DNA of 64,000 bases, taken from assembly GCA_044221365.1 (NCBI GenBank), contig JBGAPH010000017.1, forward strand, positions 31,491 to 95,490. The letters run 5' to 3'. Below, in pieces: positions 42,101 to 49,055 of the stretch. Origin of the DNA: Pirellulales bacterium. GTDB lineage: Bacteria > Planctomycetota > Planctomycetia > Pirellulales > JBGAPH01. Under the pieces are notes generated by a model. It worked only from the letters and a program-made list of their open reading frames with translations, ran no database searches and was not told the DNA's origin. Each line of letters opens with the position of its first letter. Positions within the stretch are counted from its first letter, which is position 1. The translations under genes and the position numbers were made by a program.

Positions 42101-42627
42101 TGCCGGTCGTGCTCGACGACGTGCTCGTCAACTACGACGAAACTCGCTCGCGGGCAGCGGCCGAAGTGCTTCGCGATTTCGCGGAGCAAGGCCACCAATT
42201 GCTCCTCTTCACTTGCCACGAGCACATGGCGCGACTCTTCAAATCGCTCAAGGTGGCCGTCACGCGGCTGCCGCGCCGCGGGCACGACGAACCAGCCGAA
42301 ACGACCAACCTGGGGCGCCCGAAACGCCGTGCGGCGCGGGCGCCGCTGCCCATCGAGCCGCCGCCCGAAGCGGAAACAGCTCCGCCTGTGGCCGCGCCGG
42401 TGTTGCCATTGCCCGTCGAAGTGCCGGTCGAGGTGGCTGTCTCCGAGACAGCCAACGGGTTTGTCGAGCTCGTGCTCGCGCCGGTCGAGCCAGCTCCGCC
42501 GCTGGTCGAGATCGAGGAACCACCGCATTTGGTCGCGGCGCCCGAACTCGAGCCGGCCGCCCTGGCGGTCGAAGATCCGCGTGTCCTCTTTGGGGCCTCG
42601 CCTTGGATCGAGGACTCCGAGGCGTAG
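39193..42627 (+). CDS. SMC/Rad50-like AAA ATPase, SbcE(YhaN)-like, with central transmembrane hairpin and Pro-rich tail
   Basis: Walker A FYGPNEAGKTTLLHF, long Ala/Arg/Glu coiled-coil regions. Two predicted TM helices: LLPPVLLWGLGAAVAASGAMILGGWLL..FFGFLGVAGLIISAGVKVWV. Signature LSRGTREQLFLALRLAL, Walker B LPVVLDDVLVNYD. Confidence 0.8.
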   Translation: MIIRKLRVDRFGAWRDLELGPLDDGLHVFYGPNEAGKTTLLHFLRAMLFGFSAERRERYGASVGPEGEERDVGGSLELELEGDTLRLARHDHEPHEAGAQGRLLLATELGDSRSALDWARLRGPLDEETYTRVFAIGLHELQELGVLNDAQSSRWLFDMSAGLEHVGLPEVLGELRHASARLWGGAERAGLLPRLLAERENLVQSIHDLRGQTTEYLRLAARREELQEQLERLEDERGGWTRRLRTAESAEHLHERWLRRRAAENELQMLGQLPTFPVDGLARLDELNARIRKRRRELQVWRRRHGKARQRLKGLALNRPLVDNAARILALVEQQPRMRELAAQLAGVRRDPPAPPPSPPVPPPHAKGLKSPPVALPAWHARLGHLTPETLKRLRSAAKALRRASKAAREAGEAHAAAQAELAAAGLQARSEEHEGETLDERIARLGELASRLRKRAQLEDRYDQLGKQRKELREYSRELLERQLLPPVLLWGLGAAVAASGAMILGGWLLHSWFFGFLGVAGLIISAGVKVWVDQQARQESQDCADQLENVEQELASAGNQREALDQQLPAGHGPWAVRLQAAERELAAVEGQLPLRARQSAQRAQLDVTVSAAEKALRERKARRQQWKQALQRAGLPEDFRPGALAELRRAWLEHRAEAERAARGKADQATREQEFRGFADRVAKLATDVGLAAAPTDPLEKLARLAADLAAAEAARLDWRKRKKRVALATRRRRKAARGVASAKTRRRALLAGAGTQDEAQFRRLAAQHAQAEGLRRELTALREELSDAAGGELEAVLAALDASPDRRQIVAERDQLAERERDLAERIQSLAEERGRVGQQMERLAADRSLPRARVDLAALDRRIVQSAEDYRVQSLTARLIEQVRDRYEQERQPVVLQAASAWFKQLTGDRYARVWTPLGERVLRVDAADGQTLLVEALSRGTREQLFLALRLALIERLAQAGTRLPVVLDDVLVNYDETRSRAAAEVLRDFAEQGHQLLLFTCHEHMARLFKSLKVAVTRLPRRGHDEPAETTNLGRPKRRAARAPLPIEPPPEAETAPPVAAPVLPLPVEVPVEVAVSETANGFVELVLAPVEPAPPLVEIEEPPHLVAAPELEPAALAVEDPRVLFGASPWIEDSEA

Positions 42628-42655
42628 GGCGCATCCGTTACTGCGAACACGGAAC

Positions 42656-43303
42656 TCAGAACGCCGACAGCCAATCGGCTGTGATCTCCGCCAGGCGATC
42701 GACGCGGCCATCGAGCCGCAATCCGTCGAAGCGTGCGGCCGGTCCGATGGCGATGACTTTCATCTCGGCGGCGTTTGCTGCCCGCACGCCGTCGACCGCG
42801 TCTTCGAGCACGATGCATTCGCGGGGCGCAATCTCGAGCCGCCGGGCCGCCTCGAGAAAGATCGCCGGCGAAGGCTTGCCGGGGAGCGTTCCCCCGCCGA
42901 CGATCGCCGCGAATTGATCCGCCAATTCGAGCCGCGCGAGCACGAGCTGAGCGTTGCGGCTCGACGAGCCGACCGCCAGGGGAATCCCGCGCGCGGCGAG
43001 CGTTGCGACCAACTCGCGGGCGCCCGGCTCGACCTGCGGCGGGGTGTGCTCGAGCAGCCCGAGAAACAGGGCCTGCTTCTCCGCGGCGGCCCGGCTCACC
43101 AGGTCGTCGCTCGGGTTTTGCCCTGCGGCAGCCAAAAAGACGCGGGCCGCATGGGGGCGTTCGAGCCCGCGCATTTGGAGGTCGAACACCTCCCAGGCGA
43201 AGGGCCAGTCGTTGCGCTCGGCCAGCAGTCGCCAGGACTCGAAATGGAGCTGATCGGTGGTCACGAGCACGCCATCCATGTCGAAAATGACCGCGCTGCG
43301 CAT
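42656..43303 (-). CDS. HAD-superfamily hydrolase (beta-phosphoglucomutase-like subfamily)
   Basis: MRSAVIFDMDGVLVTTD.., ..LAVGSSS.., KPSPAIFLEAARRL, VLEDAVDGVRAANAAEMKVIAIG. Confidence 0.85.
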   Translation of the reverse strand: MRSAVIFDMDGVLVTTDQLHFESWRLLAERNDWPFAWEVFDLQMRGLERPHAARVFLAAAGQNPSDDLVSRAAAEKQALFLGLLEHTPPQVEPGARELVATLAARGIPLAVGSSSRNAQLVLARLELADQFAAIVGGGTLPGKPSPAIFLEAARRLEIAPRECIVLEDAVDGVRAANAAEMKVIAIGPAARFDGLRLDGRVDRLAEITADWLSAF

Positions 43304-43671
43304 CGCGCACAACCCTCGATTGCAGAACACCTTAAACCGAGAGTCGATCAGATGTCCCGGCAATCGGCAAGCGCCAAAGGCCCAAGCGAACGGCGAGTGG
43401 GGACGCGTTCAACTCGCCTGGGGGCTGGCAGCCCCGCCCTGTCGGAGTGTGGGGAGATTTACGGGAAATATAACGAAATCCTCAAATGGAGAGCCTAGGC
43501 AAGCACTCGCGGAATGAGTAGCTTTTGCGGTTGAAACCGCCTCCGGGCGCGGGGCAGCGCTGCGCGCGGTTAGCTCGGGCTCGCTGGTCAAGACTCCGAC
43601 CGGCTCGAGCGCGGTCTCGTCGTCAAATCCGACTCGCCCGCGCCAAGGTTTGCGTTGAGGGAACACACACC

Positions 43672-44541
43672 ATGTTGCGCTCGCTTCGTTTTGCGGTTCT
43701 TTCCGCGCTGTTCATCAGCCTGCCGATCACCTGCGTCCGCGCTACGCCGATCGTTGATCAGTGGTCGCTCGTGCCCGAATCGGCCCCTTGGGCCAGCGCC
43801 GGCACGGCGTCCAACGAGGCGCTCGCTCAAACATTGCTGATCGGAACCACCGGCATTCTCAGCACGGTGGGGCTCGAGCTCTGGCACCTCGGCGACACCG
43901 CGGTCGGCCGCGGCGCGATCACCGTCGAAGTCCGCCAGATGCGCAAGGGGAACAACCCGGCCGGCGACCTCGTGGCCAGCGGGCAGATCGTCGACACCGG
44001 GTTCATTCCCACCGCGGCGGCCGCCGGCACGCAGCCCTTCCCCGTGCCCCTCACGCTCGTCGATATTTCGTCCGCCCGCTATCTCACGACGTACGGCGAG
44101 CGGCTGTCGATCGTCGTAAAAGCGACCGGCGCCTACGCCTGGAAAACGATCGACGACAGCACGACCTCGGGCGGCGGCGATTTCTATGCGCGCGGCAACC
44201 CTTATGCCCGCAACAGCTCGGTGTGGGCGGAGCACACGGCCGATTTCGGCTTCGCCACGTTCGTCGACCCGGCCCAACCGGGCGACGTGAACCTCGACGG
44301 CACGGTCGACCTGGCCGACTTCGGCGTGCTCAAAGCCCACTTCGGCGGCGGGGCGCGGCGCACCGGAGGCGACCTGACGGGGGACGGCCTCGTGGGGCTG
44401 GCCGACTTTGGCCTGCTCAAGGCGAACTTCGGCAAGTCGACCGCCAGTGCCTCGGCCGTGCCGGAGCCGGCGAGCTACTTGGGCTGGACGGTTCTCGTCC
44501 TCTGCGGGCTGCTCGCGCGCGGCGGCCGCCGGGCGGCTTAG
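43672..44541 (+). CDS. Secreted PEP-CTERM protein with two dockerin-like loops
   Basis: Signal peptide [46 protein letters not shown] and [24 protein letters not shown], then [27 protein letters not shown]. Its stop overlaps the stop of the convergent gene. Confidence 0.8.
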   Translation: MLRSLRFAVLSALFISLPITCVRATPIVDQWSLVPESAPWASAGTASNEALAQTLLIGTTGILSTVGLELWHLGDTAVGRGAITVEVRQMRKGNNPAGDLVASGQIVDTGFIPTAAAAGTQPFPVPLTLVDISSARYLTTYGERLSIVVKATGAYAWKTIDDSTTSGGGDFYARGNPYARNSSVWAEHTADFGFATFVDPAQPGDVNLDGTVDLADFGVLKAHFGGGARRTGGDLTGDGLVGLADFGLLKANFGKSTASASAVPEPASYLGWTVLVLCGLLARGGRRAA

Positions 44542-45563
44542 CGCCAGTCCCGCTCGCGCAGCACTTCGCCCTTCTCGCGCGTCAAGAGCGCGCTCACGAT
44601 CTCGGGCCGGACCTGATCGCTCAAGAACTGCACCGAGCCGTCGCACATCGCCGCGTTCGCTCCGGACGGGTGGAAGGCGTAGATGCCGAACACGTTGTTC
44701 ACGTTCACCGGCAAGTGCCAAAGGTTGAACAATCCGTTCTCCACCGACAACCAGGGGCCATGCAAATGGGGTTGAATCCAAGTGGGCGTGGCCAATACCT
44801 CGGGCTGCAGGGCGCGCTCGGCCAGCAGGATGGTCGAGGAGAGCCCGTCGGCAACATCGCGCAGCGATGCGGGGCACACTCCCCAGTTGCCCGTCCTCCC
44901 CGTAATGAGGAACGTCGAGCCCTGCCAGGCGCCGGCCTCGGAGTAGCCCTCGCCCATGTCCCAATTGCCGGGTCCGGCGAACCATACCGCCTCGTAGTCG
45001 CGAGCCGCCACGTTCACGTTGGTTCGGGCAGGCACGCCGTTCAGCCCGTCCCCCATCATCCAAATCGTCCGCGGGTAGCCGGGCGTGCTAGGGCACTGGT
45101 GTTCTTTCAGCTTGTTGCGGGCCACCGGCAGATTGGCCGGGTCGAGCACCGAACGAGTGAAGTCGAGCGCGTCGAACAAGTCTTGCCGTTCGTGAAACGG
45201 CAGCACGGTCGCCCGCCAGGAATACGACTCCCACCATGACCAATTGGGCGAGTTGGTTGAGTTATCGCGCTTCTGCTTAGCGGTGAAAGCGGGCAGACGC
45301 ATGAGCGCCGGCAAGAACTCCCGCGAATTGCTCGTGTAGACGTGCAGCGCGAGGCCGATCTGTTTGAGATGGTTCGCACACTGCATCCGCCGCGCCGCCT
45401 CGCGCGCCGCCTGCACCGCCGGCAGCAGGAGCGCGATCAGGATCGCGATGATGAAGATGGCGACCAAGACCTCGGTGAGCGTGAAGGCGCTGCGTTGCGG
45501 CTTGCGGCAACGCCGCTGCTGGCCCTCTGAGCAGCCACCAAGACTACGGCAGCAGATCGCCAT
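44538..45563 (-). CDS. DUF1559 / prepilin-type N-terminal methylation-motif protein with HX9DG C-terminus
   Basis: [45 protein letters not shown]; [19 protein letters not shown]. Confidence 0.85.
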   Translation of the reverse strand: MAICCRSLGGCSEGQQRRCRKPQRSAFTLTEVLVAIFIIAILIALLLPAVQAAREAARRMQCANHLKQIGLALHVYTSNSREFLPALMRLPAFTAKQKRDNSTNSPNWSWWESYSWRATVLPFHERQDLFDALDFTRSVLDPANLPVARNKLKEHQCPSTPGYPRTIWMMGDGLNGVPARTNVNVAARDYEAVWFAGPGNWDMGEGYSEAGAWQGSTFLITGRTGNWGVCPASLRDVADGLSSTILLAERALQPEVLATPTWIQPHLHGPWLSVENGLFNLWHLPVNVNNVFGIYAFHPSGANAAMCDGSVQFLSDQVRPEIVSALLTREKGEVLRERDWR

Positions 45564-46479
45564 CGATCTGGTCCCCCAGGTTGCTGGTGTGCAGGGCCGT
45601 CACTGCGCTCCACGAGGCCGCTTCGGAGAGAAAGTGGACCGAGCCGTCGCAGAGGAGCGCGTGCGCGCCGCCGGGATGGAACGAGTACATGCCCCCCGTG
45701 TTCGAGTAATTGATCCCCCACGTCGCGTTCCAGCTCCAGGCGCCGAGCCAGCCGCCGGGCTGCAGCCATTCTCCTTCCTCGCGAAAGTAGAACGCCGCCG
45801 GCTGGCCGGCCTGCTCGACGACGAACGAGGTGTGCGACAGGCCGTCGTCGATGTTGCGCAGCGACGAGGTGCGCAGTGGCCCGTTCGCTTGCCACCGGGA
45901 GACCGTGTTGTCGCCGTACGGATCGGGAATCGGCGCGCCCCAGGCGGCGTCCCAGTAGTGGCTGTCGCGATACGGCGCGAAGACGTGCTGATAGTCGCAC
46001 ACCGCCACGTTCACGTCGCCGCGGAACGACTCGAAAGTTTGGATCCGCCGCCCGCGCGGCGCGCTGGGGCAGAGATAGATCGACAACTCAGTCTGCGCCA
46101 CCGCCAGGTTCGGCGCCCCGAGAACCGCCAGCGACGTGTCGAGCCGGTTCGCCAGGTTCTGCTGCTCGCAGTAGGGCAGGATCGTGCCGCGCCAGGAGTG
46201 CGACTCGCCGCGCGAGTACCACTGGTTGGGGTAAGTCGCCGGATCGTAGCGCCGGCCGCGGTCGTTGTACGGCGCCGAAATGATCGCCGGAATCGCCTCG
46301 CGGTGGCGCTCGGCGTAGAGGTGCAGCGCCAGGCCGAGTTGCTTGAGATTGTTGCGGCAATGAATCTTCCGCGCCGCGTCCCGCGCCGCCTGCACCGCCG
46401 GGAGCAAGAGCGCGATCAGGATCGCGATCACGAAGATCACGACCAAGAGTTCCACGAGCGTCATCGCGGCGCGGCGCAC
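45544..46479 (-). CDS. DUF1559 / prepilin-type N-terminal methylation-motif protein with HX9DG C-terminus
   Basis: [46 protein letters not shown]; [22 protein letters not shown] start. Its 3' end overlaps the next gene by 20 nt. Confidence 0.85.
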   Translation of the reverse strand: MRRAAMTLVELLVVIFVIAILIALLLPAVQAARDAARKIHCRNNLKQLGLALHLYAERHREAIPAIISAPYNDRGRRYDPATYPNQWYSRGESHSWRGTILPYCEQQNLANRLDTSLAVLGAPNLAVAQTELSIYLCPSAPRGRRIQTFESFRGDVNVAVCDYQHVFAPYRDSHYWDAAWGAPIPDPYGDNTVSRWQANGPLRTSSLRNIDDGLSHTSFVVEQAGQPAAFYFREEGEWLQPGGWLGAWSWNATWGINYSNTGGMYSFHPGGAHALLCDGSVHFLSEAASWSAVTALHTSNLGDQIDGDLLP

Positions 46480-46748
46480 ATCCAGCCCTTTCCTGCACGA
46501 AGGACCGTTCGAAACCGAGCCTGCTTCCGCGTTCCGCCCGAGATTCTATCGCCGGCGGCGGACGACGCCTAGAAAAAATCTGGCGAAATGCGGTCGCCCG
46601 CAAGCTTGGCCAGATCGAGATCGCGCGCCGACCGAAAGGAGAGAGGGCGAACTACCGCGCCAACAACCATTCCTATCAAAACGGTTTAGCGCGAGCGCGC
46701 CGTTGCCCGGGGCGCCTGCGCGTTCAAGTTCGCGCTCGCTGGCCGGCG

Positions 46749-47501
46749 TTACGGCCGTGCGGCGCGGCGCAATCGCCGGGCGCCTGCTCGTGCCGCCCCA
46801 TAGACGACGGCGGCCGCAGCAGCCAAAGACAGGCTGGAAGGGGCTGGCACGAGCGCGTGGATTTCGTCCACGATCGGCCGCGGCAGCTCGCGGCTGCTCC
46901 GCACCAAAGGCTCGGGCATGATCACGTATTGAGGAACGAGCAGCGGCTTGACCCAGGCCTCTTGGCCGTACATGCGCGTCAGATCGAGCCTGTACAACAG
47001 GGGACCGCCCCCGAGGGCCACGCCGGGCGCCTCAAGCGGAGCTGCATCCGGCTTGGGGAGCGCGGCCGCCGGCTGCGGCCGGGAAAAGGGAAATGCCCGG
47101 TCGCGCAGTCCAGAGGCCACGGCATCCACCGCCCGCAGGAGGTCGGAGTCGTGCGGGCCCGAAGAGGGCTGCGGTGCATTCAGCGATTTTTCTCGTCCGA
47201 TCCGCGGTTCTCCGCGCGCTCGAGCCGTTGCTTCGCCGCGGGGTTCCCGCCGCGCTCGGCTGCGCGAGGCCGACGGCTTATGATCCGACCAGTCCGGTCC
47301 GTGCGTTTGCCGCTTGCGTCCTGCGGAAGGCGCGAGGTCCAGGTCCGCGTCCTTGTGCGGTTTAGCGAGCGTCAACGACTCCATGAGCGCCCCGCCGCCC
47401 TGCGACCCAGGAGGCCGCTCGCGCTCTTCCGCCGCGTGCGTTGCGACAGTCCCGTGGACGACACAGGAGAACATAACGGCGCTGCGTAGGAGCTTGCTCA
47501 T
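46749..47501 (-). CDS. Hypothetical secreted protein with a PEP-CTERM-like variant tail (VPAPSS-TM-RRLRR)
   Basis: MSKLLRSAVMFSCVVHGTVATHA is signal-like. The middle is low-complexity and basic. C-terminus is [33 protein letters not shown]. Confidence 0.5.
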   Translation of the reverse strand: MSKLLRSAVMFSCVVHGTVATHAAEERERPPGSQGGGALMESLTLAKPHKDADLDLAPSAGRKRQTHGPDWSDHKPSASRSRARREPRGEATARARGEPRIGREKSLNAPQPSSGPHDSDLLRAVDAVASGLRDRAFPFSRPQPAAALPKPDAAPLEAPGVALGGGPLLYRLDLTRMYGQEAWVKPLLVPQYVIMPEPLVRSSRELPRPIVDEIHALVPAPSSLSLAAAAAVVYGAARAGARRLRRAARP

Positions 47502-47798
47502 TCGAACCTCGCCAAGATGCGCTGCCTTCGCCCGCGCATCGCCCCGCAATGCGCCTCAGAGGCAGGCCATAGCTTGAGTCTGCTCAGGTCGTGCGAGCGC
47601 GAGCAATTGAATTCAAGCCTTGGCGCGCAGAGTTTCTATTCGGGGGTCCAAAGAGGAGGAACAGACCTCAAAAGCTCTTCACAAGCCCCACGCCAGGCGG
47701 GCCGCGAGTTGGGGGGATGCTACTACCGCAGGAGGATGCCGCCGGCACGCCCGATCACGGTTGCTCCCAGCCTTCGGCACTCGAAGAGTGCCGGCCAT

Positions 47799-47960
47799 GT
47801 AGTAGGCACACTCCGTGTGCCGCAACTCCCGTTACGCACGCGCCCGGCCTGGCCTGCCTTGCCTTCGGACGCACCAACCCAACCCCATGCCCCGGCGGCG
47901 CGACTCGCCACGCAGACTTCACTCCGCTTCCGCATTCGGCACACGGAGTGTGCCGGCTAC
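47799..47960. repeat. MITE/BIME-like unit bounded by inverted family-B palindromes (GTAG..GGCACACTCCGTGTGCCG)
   Basis: The left end (47799-47822) and right end (47937-47960) are reverse complements of each other over an 18-nt core. Each end is itself a palindrome. Confidence 0.65.
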
Positions 47961-47993
47961 TTAGGGCAGGCTCACGCGCCATCACCCCTTTTG

Positions 47994-48153
47994 CGTAGCC
48001 CAGGCATTCATGCCTGGGGTCCTGGCAAGCGCGCGAACATGCTTTCTCTCCGGCCCCTTCAGGTGACTTGTTCAATCCGTTGCCCCTGAAGGGGCCGAGA
48101 CAAAAGGCGGCGGCGCGAAGTCCGTGTCCCCAGGCATGAATGCCTGGGCTACG
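47994..48153. repeat. MITE/BIME-like unit bounded by perfect 26-nt inverted family-C palindromes (CGTAGCCCAGGCATTCATGCCTGGGG)
   Basis: 47994-48019 and 48128-48153 are exact reverse complements. A central hairpin GGCCCCTTCAGG..CCTGAAGGGGCC lies at about 48052-48096. Confidence 0.7.
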
Positions 48154-48377
48154 AAAAACGCGCCGATCCCAGCCCCAGGGGGGCGCAAGATGTTAGCCAG
48201 GAGTGCAAACCCCTGGGATCAGGAACGAGCGCAGAGGCAGAGCCATGGAGGGGCGAAAGAAACGACCTCCAAGTACCGCTCCATAAGCCGCGCCCGGCGG
48301 TGGACCTTTCGGGGCCGACGTCAGCCTAACTTTGCAGAGTTGGCCCTTACGTGCTCGCGGCTGTAGACTTGTCCGCC

Positions 48378-49031
48378 ATGAGCCTCTACTACAGCCATCT
48401 GCTGATCGCGCGCGACAAGGCGTTCTCACCTGCGCCAGCTCAGGTCGAGGCGTTTTGCCGCGCGCTCGATTCGTTGGATGTCGTGCCGCCGCCGCTGACG
48501 GTCACCCTCTTCACGGAGTCGGATCGATTCAGGACGGTACAGAATCCCTTCACGGGAAAGGATTACACTTTCCGCGAGACCGACCGCCACCCCTTGTCGG
48601 GAATCGACTCACTGCCAGCGGCGATAGCAACACTCGCCGACTACCGGCTGTACATCGCAGGAGCAGGTCAGCCGCGAACGCCGCCCCTGCCGATTGTGTT
48701 CGACGGGCCGTACTGCGTTGACGTCTCGATTCAAAGACATTCCAGTCTGCGATGCACTTCAGATTGCTACGAACCCGAGAGAGTCTCTTGCGAGTTCGGC
48801 AAGCCATGCGATAGCTTCCAGCCCGTTGGGTATTTCACCAACCCTCATGACGGATCGACCATCGCGGTTCCCGAAGCGGGCTGCGCTCGGTTTTGGATCG
48901 AGATCCGATTGGGCAAGTTCCTCTGCCCGCCCATCGAAAACGGTCGCTTGGACTTTCTGAACAGCGCGTTGGTTTCGGCAGCGAACGAATGCTTCGGAAT
49001 AACGTTCGCGCAGGGGTGTCTGTGGGGGTGA
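48378..49031 (+). CDS. Hypothetical cytoplasmic Cys-rich protein (orphan)
   Basis: 217-aa ORF with an ATG start. Its GC looks lower than that of flanking genes. No recognisable motif and no signal peptide. Confidence 0.5.
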   Translation: MSLYYSHLLIARDKAFSPAPAQVEAFCRALDSLDVVPPPLTVTLFTESDRFRTVQNPFTGKDYTFRETDRHPLSGIDSLPAAIATLADYRLYIAGAGQPRTPPLPIVFDGPYCVDVSIQRHSSLRCTSDCYEPERVSCEFGKPCDSFQPVGYFTNPHDGSTIAVPEAGCARFWIEIRLGKFLCPPIENGRLDFLNSALVSAANECFGITFAQGCLWG

Positions 49032-49055
49032 TTGAGTGCAGGTCGCGGTTGCCCC

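Noticed and set aside
38950-45063. Minus-strand ORFs 38950..40107, 41305..42711, 42132..43310 and 43588..45063, and plus-strand ORFs 41939..43498 and 43761..45239
   Set aside because: They overlap the SbcE-like, HAD, PEP-CTERM and DUF1559 genes on the opposite strand or out of frame. Arg/Pro/Gly-rich translations indicate GC artefacts.
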